Shown here piece by piece: positions 51,638 to 62,447 of a stretch of DNA of 64,000 nt. Source of the DNA: Methanobacteriota archaeon (GTDB lineage Archaea; Thermoplasmatota; E2; DHVEG-1); the NCBI GenBank assembly GCA_963769885.1, contig CAVYNH010000007.1:384001-448000 (forward strand). Reading direction: 5' to 3'. The translations under genes and the position numbers were made by a program. The notes beneath the pieces were generated by a model. It was not told the origin of the DNA. It was given only the letters and a program-made list of their open reading frames with translations, and ran no database searches. How positions within the stretch are numbered: position 1 is the first letter of the stretch; each line of letters starts with the position of its first letter.

Positions 51638-53019
51638 GCGTGCAGAAGACGAAGCATCCGATGCCGCAGCAGCGGCCGGAGGAACGGATCCATAACTTCC
51701 GGGAAGTCCCACTCGGATACGAACGAGATGTCGCAATCGCAGAGGCAAAACGCTGCCTGCAATGCAAGAACCGCCCGTGCATGAAAGGCTGCCCCGTCGA
51801 AATCGACATCCCCGGGTTCCTCCACTGCATCACGCTCGGTAAGTTCGAGAAGGCCGCGGAAATCATCCGGGCCAAGAACAACCTGCCGGCGGTCTCTGGC
51901 CGGGTTTGCCCGTATGAGGATCAATGCGAAGGAGAATGCACATTGAAGAAGGCAGGGGAGCCGGTCGGCATCGGGCGGCTCGAGAGGTTCATTGCGGATT
52001 ATGAGCGGACGAAGGGGGCCGTGGTGCCGCCGCGGCCGCCATCGAACGGGAGACGGGTTGCGGTCGTCGGCTCAGGGCCGGCAGGATTGACGTGCGCGGG
52101 AGATCTCGCAAAGATGGGCTACGAAGTTGTCGTCTTTGAGGCACTGCATGCCCCAGGCGGGGTCCTTATGTACGGCATCCCGGAGTTCCGGCTGCCGAAG
52201 GCTATCGTCCATTCCGAGGTCGATTATATCAAGAAGTTGGGCGTCCAGATCGACTATGATATGGTCGTCGGCAAGTCCATCACCGTCCCGGAACTACTGC
52301 AGGAGTTCGATGCGGTGTTCCTGGGAACCGGGGCTGGATTGCCGAACTGGTTGAACATCCCTGGTGAGAATCTGGATGGGGTATATTCAGCGAACGAGTT
52401 TCTGACGCGGGTGAATATGATGAGGGCATACGAGTTCCCTCGGTCGGATACCCCGGTGAAGATCGGCCGGATCGTGGCGACATTTGGCGCAGGCAACGTC
52501 GCAATGGACTGCGCGCGGACCGCGCTACGGCTAGGAGCAGAAAAGTCCTATATTCTGTACCGGCGGACAGAGGCGGAGATGCCGGCGCGGGTGGAGGAGA
52601 TTGAGCACGCGAAAGAAGAAGGCGTAGTCTTTAGGCTCTTGACCAACCCTGTCCGATTCATTGGGACGGAGAAAGGACTCCTCAAATCAGTCGAGTTTTT
52701 GAAAATGAAGCTCGGGGAGCCTGATGAGTCTGGTCGGCGTCGTCCCGTGCCGATTCCCGGCTCGGAGGAGATTTTGGATATCGACACCGCGGTGGTGGCG
52801 ATCGGGCAGAGTCCGAACCCGCTCGTCCCGCGATCCCTACCTGGTCTGAAGCTAGGGAAGCACGGGAATATCATCACGGATGAGGATGGCCGGACGTCAA
52901 TCCCTGGCGTGTTCGCGGGTGGTGACATCGCGACCGGGGCGGCGACCGTGATCCTGGCGATGGGGGCGGGAAAGAAGGCCGCCCGAGCAATCGACCAGTA
53001 CATCAAGGAGAAAAAATAG
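51634..53019 (+). CDS. nfnB: NfnB/SudA GltD-like NADPH-binding Fe-S flavoprotein
   Basis: EAKRCLQC..C..GCPV, GRVCP..QCE, GSGPAGL, YGIPEFRLPK, GAGNVAMD, FAGGD; ATGA coupling to nfnA. Confidence 0.9.
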   Translation: MSVQKTKHPMPQQRPEERIHNFREVPLGYERDVAIAEAKRCLQCKNRPCMKGCPVEIDIPGFLHCITLGKFEKAAEIIRAKNNLPAVSGRVCPYEDQCEGECTLKKAGEPVGIGRLERFIADYERTKGAVVPPRPPSNGRRVAVVGSGPAGLTCAGDLAKMGYEVVVFEALHAPGGVLMYGIPEFRLPKAIVHSEVDYIKKLGVQIDYDMVVGKSITVPELLQEFDAVFLGTGAGLPNWLNIPGENLDGVYSANEFLTRVNMMRAYEFPRSDTPVKIGRIVATFGAGNVAMDCARTALRLGAEKSYILYRRTEAEMPARVEEIEHAKEEGVVFRLLTNPVRFIGTEKGLLKSVEFLKMKLGEPDESGRRRPVPIPGSEEILDIDTAVVAIGQSPNPLVPRSLPGLKLGKHGNIITDEDGRTSIPGVFAGGDIATGAATVILAMGAGKKAARAIDQYIKEKK

Positions 53020-53030
53020 GAGTTTTTTTC

Positions 53031-54054
53031 TTAGGTCGGCGGGGCTGGTTTCAGGAACCGTTGGAATTTGAATTCACAGTTGGACTGGATCTGGGAGCCG
53101 ATGAGGTAGCCGCCGATGAGGTAGACAGCGAGGAGGAGGATGGGGATAACGCCGGTTTTCCCATAGATCGTGGAGTAGGCGAGGATTCCAGCGAAGGTGA
53201 CGTCTAGCAGGATCGTCGTGCGGTGGTCTAGGGGTTTTTCTTTGGTGGCGAACCGGTACATGATGAAGGCTTGGGTGGTGATGCCATATATGAGGACGAA
53301 GACGAGGTAGGCGTAGTTCCAGGTGATGACGAAAGCGGAGAGAGCGCAGAGGAGGAAGCCGATCTTGAGGGCAACGCCGTAGAGGAAGTAGGGGTGCTTG
53401 ACTGTGAGTTTTTGGTTGTTGCGCACACCGGTGAGGACGGCGATGCTGCGGACGCCGGCATAGCGGTCCGCGTCCGCGTCTTTGAGTCCGTTTTCCCATT
53501 GGGCGAAGGCGGTGGCGGCGAAGACGACGGCGCCGATGAAGATCCAGGTGTAGACCGTGGGGTTACCGCCGACGGCATAGACGCCGAAGAGGACGAGGAA
53601 GCCGTAGGAGATGGAGAAGGAGAAGTCGTAAGAGAGGGGGACTTTTTTGCCGCGCCAGCCGTACCAGATGAGGAAGCCGTATGAGGGGATGAAGCAGAAG
53701 AAGGCGAGCAGCACGGACGTGAGATTGACTTTCAGGGGAAGGATTCCGATGAGGAGGATGCAGGAGGCGGTGCCAGCGTAGACGAAGCTGAGGGCCTCTT
53801 TTTTGGAGAGGATACCGGCGGAGACGGGGTTGCGGGAGGGGACGTAGGTCTGGGCATCGAGTATGACGTCGCCGATGGCGATATAGGTGTTCAGCGCCAT
53901 GTGCGCCATGATCGCCAGAAGGGTAAAGAAGATGAGATGGTACCAGGAAACGGGGGCGGTGGAGGTTAAGGCGCCGACGATGGCGATGGAGCCGGTGGTG
54001 GTGATGCCTTGGGTGCGGCCGATATCGGCGAATGCCTGGTATCTTGTTCAGCAT
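53031..54054 (-). CDS. UbiA-family prenyltransferase (degenerate first Asp motif), +1 frameshift near 54042
   Basis: Multi-TM; RNPVSAG, ENGLKDADAD; frame open to 54048 (YQAFADIGRTQG) but the ATG at 54054 is one base out of frame. Confidence 0.7.
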
Positions 54055-54144
54055 CCTACAAAAACATGGGTTCATCGTATAAAAAACCATTGGGTCGGGA
54101 ACGATGACTATTTATGGCTGTTATGGGTTCCGGAGTCTGGAGAT

Positions 54145-55161
54145 ATGCTTCGGGACTATCTGGAGATTAGCCGGTTTTTCAACATGGGTCTAACCGGCGT
54201 GGCCCCTGTTCTGGGTGCATTCAGCATGTATCCTGGGGCACTTTCCCTGTGGCAATATGGGATATTGTTCTTTATCGGGTGCATGGCGCACACCTATGGG
54301 TTCGTCCTCAACGATGTCTTTGACGTCAAGATCGATATGCTCTCCAAGGATCTGACGCGCCGGCCGCTGGTTAGTGGTAGCATCACGCGGCGTCAGGCGA
54401 CGGCGTTCGCGCTCGTCTGCTTGCTCCTTTCCTTTGTGCTGACGGTGTTCTTCTACACGTCGCTATCGCGACAATTCGCGTTATTAATAGACTTGACGCT
54501 TGCCTTTGCTCTTGCAACTTTATACAATATCCTGAGCAAGCGGTATCCCGGGATGGACATCTTCGTGGCGGCTGCGATCTTCTTCTTGATTTTGTTTGGC
54601 GCCGCGTCGGTCGGAAAGGTGATGGACAGGCCACTGGCGTGGATGGTGGCACTCATCGGCGGCCTGCAAGTCCTATTCATGAACATGATCAACGGCGCAA
54701 TCAAGGACATCGACCATGACAAGGACGGGAAGGCGCGGACGATCGCCATCTGGATGGGCGCGAAGGTCCACGCGGGGGTCATCGCCCTGCCGCTGTCGTT
54801 CAAGACCACTGGGTATCTCATCGAGGTTGCTCGGACGCTGCTTGTGTTTGCTCCCTTGGTATTCTTCTTCCAGCCGCTGGACCGCTGGCCAATCTCAATG
54901 TGGGTAATGCTGCCGGTCCTTGGGCTCTTCACAGTGCTGACGTTTGTGTCTATCTATCGACTATATTCCATCAAGACCTTTGACCGGGCGAAGATCCGCC
55001 GGGGCATCGGCATCACCGTCATCTGCATGTACGCGACGACGCCGATCATGCTGAGCTACCTGAATCCCTGGTTCCTCATCGCGGCGTTGATCCCGCCGGT
55101 ATGGTTCCTGTTCAGCAACATATGCTTGCACAATACGTTCCTTGAGCCCAAGACCATGTGA
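54145..55161 (+). CDS. UbiA-family prenyltransferase
   Basis: NDVFDVKID..RPLVSG and KDIDHD Asp-rich motifs, multi-TM, GGAG SD. Confidence 0.88.
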   Translation: MLRDYLEISRFFNMGLTGVAPVLGAFSMYPGALSLWQYGILFFIGCMAHTYGFVLNDVFDVKIDMLSKDLTRRPLVSGSITRRQATAFALVCLLLSFVLTVFFYTSLSRQFALLIDLTLAFALATLYNILSKRYPGMDIFVAAAIFFLILFGAASVGKVMDRPLAWMVALIGGLQVLFMNMINGAIKDIDHDKDGKARTIAIWMGAKVHAGVIALPLSFKTTGYLIEVARTLLVFAPLVFFFQPLDRWPISMWVMLPVLGLFTVLTFVSIYRLYSIKTFDRAKIRRGIGITVICMYATTPIMLSYLNPWFLIAALIPPVWFLFSNICLHNTFLEPKTM

Positions 55162-55185
55162 TAAAAAAAGGTCCGTGGGTTTTGC

Positions 55186-56805
55186 TTAGGCTTTTTTCTT
55201 GGCTGCCTTGACGAGTCCGTCGAAGAGGGGCGCGGGTTTCATCGGTCGGGATTTGAACTCCGGGTGGGCCTGCGTGCCGACGAAATAGGGATGGCCGGGC
55301 AATTCCATGAACTCCATGAGGATCCCGTCCGGGGACCGCCCACTGAATTTGAGGCCATGCTGCTCGATCGTCTCGACGTATGCCGGGTTGACCTCGTAGC
55401 GGTGGCGGTGCCGCTCCGAGACTTTGGTCTCGCCGTACAGCTTGGCGATGAGAGAGTCCTTCTGGAGGTTCGCAGGATAGGCGCCCAGCCTCATGGTCGC
55501 GCCATACCGAGAATCCCGGATGATTTTCACCTGCTCAGGGATGAAATCGATTACGGGGAAGGGTGTGTCTTTCTCTACCTCAGAGGAATTCGCACCCTTC
55601 ATCCCGCAGACGTCTCTGGCGTATTCGACGACCGCAAGCTGCATGCCGAGGCAGAGACCGAGGTACGGGATGTTGTGCTCACGGACATATTTGATGGCCG
55701 CAATCTTGCCCTCGATGCCGGAGAGGCCGAACCCGCCGGGGACGATGATGCCGTTGAAGCTGCCCAGGAATTTGAGTCGGGCGGGTTTCTGCTCGAAGAG
55801 CTTGGAGTCGATCCATTCGATCTTCGGTTTGCACTTGTTGTTCCAGGCTGCGTGCTTGACGGCTTCGATGACCGAGATGTAGGAGTCTGAGAGTTTGAAG
55901 GCGCCGATGTCGAAGTATTTGCCGACGATCCCGATCTTGATTTTGTTGTCGTACGTCTTGATTCGGTTGATGTATGTCTTCCAGGTTTTTAGATCGATAG
56001 CTTCTTTGCGCCGCCCCAGTTTCTTGAGAATCTTCTTGCAGAGCTGCTGCTCCTCAAACAGCAGCGGGACCGCGTAGACATTGTTGATGTCAGAGTCGGA
56101 GATGACATCCTCGGCGCTGACGTTACAGAATAAGGCGATCTTCTCTTTGCGGACGTCGTCGATGGGCTTCTCCGAGCGGGCGACGATGAAGTCCGGCTGA
56201 ATCCCGATCTCGCGGAGCAGCTTGACGGAATGCTGCGTTGGCTTGGTCTTCGCCTCACCCAAAGACCCGAGGACTGGGACGTAGGTGACATGGACGTAAA
56301 GGACCTTTTCCCCCTCGTGCTTCATCTGCCGGACGGCTTCGAGGAAGAGGACGTTTTCGTAGTCGCCGACCGTGCCGCCGATCTCGACCATGACGAAATC
56401 GTAGCCATTATCGGTAGCAGGCTGGCGGATCCGGGCCTTGATCTCGTCGGTGACGTGCGGGATGGGCTGGACGGTCTTGCCGAGGTATTTGCCGCTGCGT
56501 TCCTTGTCGATGACCGCGCCGTAGACCTGGCCGGTGGTGATGTTCTGGCATTTGGGGATGTTCACATCCAGGAACCGCTCGTAGTGCCCGAGGTCTTGGT
56601 CGATCTCCCCGCCGTCCTCGGTGACCCAGACCTCGCCGTGCTCCGTCGGCCGCAGGGTGCCGGCGTCGCAGTTGATGTAGGGGTCGATCTTGATCGCGGT
56701 GACCTTGTAGCCATGAAGTTTGAGAATCTTCCCGATAGAGGCGGTGGTTATCCCCTTTCCTAGCCCAGAAATGACGCCCCCTGTAACAATAATATAATTT
56801 ACCAT
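55186..56805 (-). CDS. pyrG: CTP synthase
   Basis: TGGVISGLGKG, KIDPYIN, KTKPTQHSV, GLCLGMQ, ERHRHRYE, HPEF. Confidence 0.97.
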   Translation of the reverse strand: MVNYIIVTGGVISGLGKGITTASIGKILKLHGYKVTAIKIDPYINCDAGTLRPTEHGEVWVTEDGGEIDQDLGHYERFLDVNIPKCQNITTGQVYGAVIDKERSGKYLGKTVQPIPHVTDEIKARIRQPATDNGYDFVMVEIGGTVGDYENVLFLEAVRQMKHEGEKVLYVHVTYVPVLGSLGEAKTKPTQHSVKLLREIGIQPDFIVARSEKPIDDVRKEKIALFCNVSAEDVISDSDINNVYAVPLLFEEQQLCKKILKKLGRRKEAIDLKTWKTYINRIKTYDNKIKIGIVGKYFDIGAFKLSDSYISVIEAVKHAAWNNKCKPKIEWIDSKLFEQKPARLKFLGSFNGIIVPGGFGLSGIEGKIAAIKYVREHNIPYLGLCLGMQLAVVEYARDVCGMKGANSSEVEKDTPFPVIDFIPEQVKIIRDSRYGATMRLGAYPANLQKDSLIAKLYGETKVSERHRHRYEVNPAYVETIEQHGLKFSGRSPDGILMEFMELPGHPYFVGTQAHPEFKSRPMKPAPLFDGLVKAAKKKA

Positions 56806-56868
56806 CCCGATCAACTGCAGCTGAGAATCAGTTCACTCATTTAAACCATTTCGCTTCTGTACAAAGCA

Positions 56869-57087
56869 TTAGGCTGGTGCGACGATGCTATAGAAGATGA
56901 TCCCCGCGCCGATCCAGATGATAATGAGGAACAGAATCCAGACGTTGAAGAAAGCGACTGCGAGGACGGCGATGAGAGCGGCCCAGGGGAGGATAAGCAG
57001 CAGCAAGATTTGTAGGATTTTCTTGACGAGGTCTGACAATTCCATAGACGCATCCGGCCTGAACGGTTTTTTGGCGTTATCAAACAC
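56869..57087 (-). CDS. Small two-TM membrane protein
   Basis: Two hydrophobic helices; in line with flanking genes. Confidence 0.55.
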   Translation of the reverse strand: MFDNAKKPFRPDASMELSDLVKKILQILLLLILPWAALIAVLAVAFFNVWILFLIIIWIGAGIIFYSIVAPA

Positions 57088-57095
57088 GTATTATA

Positions 57096-57863
57096 TTAAG
57101 TTGTTTGAGCAAGATCGGCGATTGTCCCCAGGGCGGTGCCGTCCAGAAGGTAAACTTCGGCGCGGCTGGTGTCAAGCAGCGAGGGGACCGGGCCGAGGAG
57201 CGGATCTTTGTTGACCGGGATGCCGCCGCACAAAGGGTTGAATGCAGGCAGGATAACGAGCTGCTCACAGGCGGTTTCAGAGGTCCTTTCTTTCACTTTT
57301 TCAATGAGACAGGGACCACGAAGCCAACAGGGCTCGATGCTCTTATAACCGAGGCGATCAGTGAATTGGACAATGGGATGGGTGTGGGCGATAATGAGCC
57401 GCTGGCAGGTGAAGAGCTCGGCGCTGGGCCAGCGATGTCCGTGGAGCAGGCCGGTGTCGTCAAGGATGATGCCGCTGGAGGGATGGATCTGGACGGCGGG
57501 GGAAGCGAGGCGGTCGATGTTGCCGTCGTGGTTGCCGGGGAGGATGTGGACCGTGGCTTTCGCGGTGAGGCGTTCGAGGAAAAAGCGGACGTCGGTCCGT
57601 TCTTGGATCGTGGAGGTCGGGATGTTGTGTTTGACGTCGCCGAGGAGGTAGATATCCTGGATGTGATACGTGGTGATGAGGGCGTGGAGTCTGGCCTCCA
57701 TCATGCAGGTCTGCGAGGGGACGCTGAGGCCGGCGTCGCGCAGTTCCTGTTCGATACCGATGTGGAGGTCCGCGACGACCATCGCAGATTGGTCGCCGAG
57801 CAGCAGGGCTGCCTCGTTGGGCGCTGGCTGGATGGTTGTTTGCGATGTTCCCTGAGGGAACAT
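57096..57863 (-). CDS. Metallophosphoesterase (archaeal ICC-like, type often Lhr/ligase-associated)
   Basis: VADLHIG, LGDVKH, GNHDG, HGH, AHTHP, LPAFN. Confidence 0.88.
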   Translation of the reverse strand: MFPQGTSQTTIQPAPNEAALLLGDQSAMVVADLHIGIEQELRDAGLSVPSQTCMMEARLHALITTYHIQDIYLLGDVKHNIPTSTIQERTDVRFFLERLTAKATVHILPGNHDGNIDRLASPAVQIHPSSGIILDDTGLLHGHRWPSAELFTCQRLIIAHTHPIVQFTDRLGYKSIEPCWLRGPCLIEKVKERTSETACEQLVILPAFNPLCGGIPVNKDPLLGPVPSLLDTSRAEVYLLDGTALGTIADLAQTT

Positions 57864-58093
57864 CCGTTGTCGAGGGAGCGGCACTGCCGTCTTCTTCCTT
57901 GTATCTGCACGCTGTCTGCGTGGTCGTCGAGGGTCGTGAGAAGGTGCGTGTTCCGTCAGTACAATCACCCGGTGTCTTCGAGGCAGAGCCAGGAGAGCCG
58001 TGTTTTTGAAGGTTTCGGTTCATGGTTTTTTGCTTTTTCGCCGAGGTTGTGAGAAAAGTGTTTTATCCTGTATTGCGTTGCAGAGGGGCAAGG

Positions 58094-58396
58094 ATGGTTT
58101 GCATGAGAGAGCGAACTGACTTAAGTGGGTATGTGAAGACGACGGAGAAGGCGTTCCGTAAAATCGCGCAGGAGAAGCAGGGACGCATCGATCAGACCGC
58201 GCTGTGGATGAAGAAGTACCTCTATGCGGAGTGGCCGCAGGACCCGGCGGCGAAGGAGACCGCGATTAAGAACAAGATTATCCCGATTCTATCGTTGCCG
58301 GAGTGCGAAGATCAGGCGTTCACGGCATGGGTCTTGTTTCAGATGGCGAGCGACCTGGTGGAGCATCTGCCGGTGACGCCCATCTGGAAGCAGTGA
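58094..58396 (+). CDS. Hypothetical helical protein
   Basis: Host-like codon usage, plausible composition, fills the gap between genes. Confidence 0.55.
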   Translation: MVCMRERTDLSGYVKTTEKAFRKIAQEKQGRIDQTALWMKKYLYAEWPQDPAAKETAIKNKIIPILSLPECEDQAFTAWVLFQMASDLVEHLPVTPIWKQ

Positions 58397-58435
58397 GTGG
58401 ATTAATAAAACGCTCATTCCAAATTCGTGAATTTT

Positions 58436-59905
58436 CTAGAGGTACTTGCGCAGGATCGTCGGGATCTCCTCAACGAGGTCGGACGCCAACAGCCCATAGG
58501 ACTTCTTGGCGAACACCTCGTTACCCGCGGCCCCATTCAAAAACAAGCCGGCCCGCGCCGCCTCAAACGGCGAGGCCCCCTTCGACATCAACGCCGCGAT
58601 AATCCCCGTGAGGACATCGCCGGTCCCGCCCACACTCATGCCGACGTTATGGACCCGGTTAAGCTTCGTGGACGTCCCATCGCTGACGATGTCTGTCGGC
58701 CCCTTTAAACAAATCGTAACCCCGAGTTTCTTCGCCTGTGCTTGCACCCGCTCGACCCGACTCGACACCTCTACCGGGAGAATCTCCCCGGTGAGCTTCG
58801 TGAACTCACCGGCATGCGGCGTGGCGACCAACGGACCATGAGCAGCTGGAAGGAGGTCCCGCAGGACAGCAATCGCGTCGGCGTCCACGACCAGCGGGAC
58901 TTTGTGCTTGAACAGCTCCTGGAACAAACCGGCGACGGCTTTCATGGTCTGTGGATGAGACCCAAGCCCCGGGCCGACCGCAACAGTGGTCGCCCTGGGG
59001 ACGAGCTCCATAATCGTGGGGAGATCCTCGGGGACTAGCATGTCGCTGCCGAGGTCGTGGACGATGAGATTAGGCGAAAACGAGGCCACCACCTGCCATG
59101 CTCTCCTGGGGGTGGCGACGAAGGCGAGGTCGGCTCCCGTCCGGAGCGCGGCGAGGCTGGTGAGCGCGGGGGCGCCGGTGTAGGGGCCGCCGCTGATGAC
59201 GAGGACTACGCCGTTGTCCCCTTTATGAGAAGTGGGTTTCGGCCGCGGGTAGTACACGTTCAGGTCGCCTGGCCCGGCATAGGCGTTGGCATCAGCAGGG
59301 ATGCCAATATCGACGACCTGGATGATGCCGCTGTTCTTCGGGGTCATGCCTTCTTTGGCGTCGTGGAAGGTGACGGTGGCGCGGGCGGCGACCGCAAGCG
59401 AGGTCCCAAGGCCGCTGGGAACATCCACAGACACGACGGCGGGGTGACGGGCGGCGTTAATGCTCTTCACGACGGCGGCGAACGGCTCACGCAGTTCCCC
59501 CGCAAGGCCCACACCGAGGAGTGCGTCAATGATGACATCAGCATCCTTGATGAGCCCTGCAACGGCCGCTGGATCCTTAATGATGGTCGCCGAGGTGCGG
59601 GTGAGTTTGTCATAGGTGGCTCGGGTAAGGGGCGATTGTTTTTCGGTCAGGAGAGGCAGGACCGTGACCTTGTGGTGAGCGGTGAGGAGCTGTGCGGCGA
59701 CGAAGCCGTCGCCGCCGTTGTTGCCGGGCCCGCAGACAGCGAGGATCTTTCGCGCCTTCGGAAACGTGGTTTGAATGAAATCGGCGACGGCACGCCCCGC
59801 GTTCTCCATGAGGTCGCTGGTGGGGACGCCGATGTACGCCGCATTCTGGTCGAGGATATGGACATCCCGGGGGGTCAACATACGAAATCTGGTTAACTCA
59901 CTCAT
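58436..59905 (-). CDS. nnr: Bifunctional NAD(P)H-hydrate epimerase/dehydratase
   Basis: LMENAG, GPGNNGGDG, DVPSG, HKGDNG, VVDADA, TPHAGEF, GGTGDVL. Confidence 0.95.
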   Translation of the reverse strand: MSELTRFRMLTPRDVHILDQNAAYIGVPTSDLMENAGRAVADFIQTTFPKARKILAVCGPGNNGGDGFVAAQLLTAHHKVTVLPLLTEKQSPLTRATYDKLTRTSATIIKDPAAVAGLIKDADVIIDALLGVGLAGELREPFAAVVKSINAARHPAVVSVDVPSGLGTSLAVAARATVTFHDAKEGMTPKNSGIIQVVDIGIPADANAYAGPGDLNVYYPRPKPTSHKGDNGVVLVISGGPYTGAPALTSLAALRTGADLAFVATPRRAWQVVASFSPNLIVHDLGSDMLVPEDLPTIMELVPRATTVAVGPGLGSHPQTMKAVAGLFQELFKHKVPLVVDADAIAVLRDLLPAAHGPLVATPHAGEFTKLTGEILPVEVSSRVERVQAQAKKLGVTICLKGPTDIVSDGTSTKLNRVHNVGMSVGGTGDVLTGIIAALMSKGASPFEAARAGLFLNGAAGNEVFAKKSYGLLASDLVEEIPTILRKYL

Positions 59906-60065
59906 TGCCTATATATTTATGTCCGCATGTCGGAAACGACATACAAAAAAACGGAGGAAAATAAGGAAGGCAGCGTTCCATCTGGGAAAAACGCTTGGGT
60001 GGACAAACCTCAAATAAGTTGACTGCATTCTCCCACCCAGGAGTTACTGAGAGGAGTCATTTTCT

Positions 60066-60413
60066 ATGATGCCTGGCCGAATCAACCCCCGCCAACTCAA
60101 CCAGATGATGAAACGCATGGGGATCAACGTCAAGACCATCGACAACGTCAAAAAAGTCATCATCCAGACCGACACCAAGGAATACGTCTTCGACGACGCC
60201 GACGTCAGCCTCATGGAGGCCCAAGGCCAAAAGACCTGGCAGATCATCGGCGAACCCACCATCAGACCCCTCCAACCACAAAAACAAGACACCCTCAATG
60301 ACGACATCAAGCTCGTTATGGAGCAGACCGGTAAATCCGCGGACGAAGCGCGCAAGGCCCTCAAAGAAACCAACGGCGATATCGCCGAAGCCATCCTCAA
60401 ACTCAGCCAATAA
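60066..60413 (+). CDS. nac: Nascent polypeptide-associated complex protein
   Basis: NPRQLNQMMKRMGI; UBA-like DDIKLVMEQTG..GDIAEAI. Confidence 0.95.
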   Translation: MMPGRINPRQLNQMMKRMGINVKTIDNVKKVIIQTDTKEYVFDDADVSLMEAQGQKTWQIIGEPTIRPLQPQKQDTLNDDIKLVMEQTGKSADEARKALKETNGDIAEAILKLSQ

Positions 60414-60414
60414 G

Positions 60415-60747
60415 ATGCCCGCCTCCCGCCTCATCACCACCACCAGCGACGGCATCCTCCTCAGAATCCACGTTACGCCAGGCGCCACCGCGACCCAGTT
60501 CCCCGCCGGCTACAACCCCTGGCGCCACGACCTTGAAGCACGTCTCCACGCCACCGCACAGGAGAACAAAGCCAACGACGAACTCCTCAAGGTGCTCGCC
60601 AGCTTCTTCCACCTCCGACCGCAAGATTTAAGAATCACCACCGGTCACTCTTCTCGAGAAAAAACCGTACTCCTCCAACACATAAGCCAATCTCAAATCA
60701 TCAAAAAAATCACGGACGCAGGCTATGAACTACCAAGAGACCCTTGA
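60415..60747 (+). CDS. DUF167/UPF0235 (YggU-like) protein
   Basis: LRIHVTPGA, ENKANDEL, GHSSREK. Confidence 0.85.
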   Translation: MPASRLITTTSDGILLRIHVTPGATATQFPAGYNPWRHDLEARLHATAQENKANDELLKVLASFFHLRPQDLRITTGHSSREKTVLLQHISQSQIIKKITDAGYELPRDP

Positions 60748-61120
60748 AAACCTCGAAACCACCCTCACCGAACTCATCCACGACAACCACGACATCCCCA
60801 TCATCGTCGAAGGCGACCGCGACGTCCAAGCCCTCAGAAAACTCAACCTCACCGGCCCCATCATCCAATACAACCAAGGCCTCTCCGCCCCCGACTTCTG
60901 CGACCAAATCACCCACAAACACAAAGCCGTCATCCTCCTCACCGACTGGGACCGCCGTGGCGGCCGCCTCCACTTCACCCTCAAACGCCACCTCGAAAAC
61001 CGCGTCACCTGCATCACCAAATACCGCGAGGCTTTCGCCACCCACTGCTCCGTCCGCACCGTCGAAAGCCTCCCTGCATGGCTCACCACCCTCAAAGCCA
61101 AAGCCCTTGCCCAACTCTAA
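60725..61120 (+). CDS. Small TOPRIM-domain protein (UPF0292-like)
   Basis: IIVEGDRDVQAL, ILLTDWDRRG. Confidence 0.88.
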   Translation: MNYQETLENLETTLTELIHDNHDIPIIVEGDRDVQALRKLNLTGPIIQYNQGLSAPDFCDQITHKHKAVILLTDWDRRGGRLHFTLKRHLENRVTCITKYREAFATHCSVRTVESLPAWLTTLKAKALAQL

Positions 61121-61187
61121 ACAAACAGAATACTTTCACCCCACCCGTTCACGCTTAAAAGACACCACCACATTCACTTAGGGGGAG

Positions 61188-62447
61188 ATGGTGCAAAAAA
61201 CAATCCAAAAAAAAGAAAAAACAACCGGCCCTGGCCTGTGCGCCCTCTGCCGCGGCACCAAATTCCTCTGCGGCAAAGACCGCTGCCCCGTCATGGTCCG
61301 CTACTTCTCCAAAACCAAGGTCAAACCATTCCTCGACACCACGCATCTCGGCGGCGCCTCGCCCCCCAGCGTCTTCGTCGGCCGCTACGGCTACCCCAAA
61401 ATCACCATCGGCCCCATGATCCCACCGACCATGGGCGACACCACCATCATCGACACCCCCGAGCTCTGGCTGCCCAAGAGCCTCGACGAAATCGTCGACT
61501 TCCGCTCCCAGCTCGTCCGCGGGAAATACTCCGTTAACGTCACCGACGTGGAAAACTCCGCGAAGGTCGTCCAATACACCCGGGAGCTCGCCTTGGCGAA
61601 GAACTCGGTCTTCGCCGAAGCCTGGTTCTCCAAGAAACCCTACGGCAGGATCGCCTTCTACGACGAGGTCCAGCCACACGGGCCCTCCGCCCCGATCTCC
61701 GCCCTCGACATCACCAATCCCAAGTACGACCAGCGGATAGAGAAAGCCTACTACGACACGGACCTCAAGGCCCGAGACGCGATCCTCTCCATCTACAAGG
61801 ATGGCACACTGGTGTCCAAGATCCAGCGGGCGTTCTCCGTTGGTGCCTTTGGAGAACGACGCCGGCGACGGTTCGTCCCAACACGTTGGAGCATTACCGC
61901 TGTGGACTCGACCCTTGGCCTTGAACTCTTGAAAAACACAAAGACGTACCCGATCATTAACGAATACCGTGTGTATTATCATAACCAGTACGACAACCGC
62001 TGGGTAATTCTGCTGACGCCGACCGAGTGGCAGTACGAGCTCATCGAAGCCTGGTACCCCAAGACCACCTGGAACCCGTATGGCAATGAAATCTCAATAA
62101 TTAGCAGCCATGAGTTCTACGAGGGCAGGACAACGTACGCTGAGATTGGGGGGTGCTACTATGCGGCCCGTCTGGCGACCAATGAAGTCCTCAGTAAAGA
62201 AAGGCGGCAAGCGGGGGCGGTCATCATGCGTGAGGCGCACCCCGGCTATATCATGCCCATCGGCGTCTGGAACGTCCGCGAGAGCGTCCGGCATGCCTAT
62301 ACGCTGCCGTACGAGAAGTTCGAGACGCTGCAGCAAGCGCTCGTCCATGCCCAAGAGTTCTTTGAAATCCCCCTCGCCCGGTGGATCCGCAGTAGTGCCG
62401 TGTTAAAAAACCAGTTGTTCCAGCGGCGGTTGGAGGATTTCATATGA
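61188..62447 (+). CDS. nreA: Nre-family archaeal DNA repair protein with C-terminal PIP box
   Basis: CxxCxG..LCG..CP, SPPSVFVGRYGYPK, VPTRWSITAVD, GGCYYAARL, QRRLEDF PCNA-interacting motif. Confidence 0.93.
   Translation: MVQKTIQKKEKTTGPGLCALCRGTKFLCGKDRCPVMVRYFSKTKVKPFLDTTHLGGASPPSVFVGRYGYPKITIGPMIPPTMGDTTIIDTPELWLPKSLDEIVDFRSQLVRGKYSVNVTDVENSAKVVQYTRELALAKNSVFAEAWFSKKPYGRIAFYDEVQPHGPSAPISALDITNPKYDQRIEKAYYDTDLKARDAILSIYKDGTLVSKIQRAFSVGAFGERRRRRFVPTRWSITAVDSTLGLELLKNTKTYPIINEYRVYYHNQYDNRWVILLTPTEWQYELIEAWYPKTTWNPYGNEISIISSHEFYEGRTTYAEIGGCYYAARLATNEVLSKERRQAGAVIMREAHPGYIMPIGVWNVRESVRHAYTLPYEKFETLQQALVHAQEFFEIPLARWIRSSAVLKNQLFQRRLEDFI

Noticed and set aside
51634-53019. Stand-alone glutamate synthase
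   Set aside because: A GltD-like protein coupled to NfnA/SudB with no GltB domains in the window is better explained as NfnB
50774-54057. 15-bp direct repeat CTTGTTCAGCATCCT at 50774 and 54043
   Set aside because: A match of this length is plausible by chance in 64 kb; one copy is coding, and no mobile genes lie between
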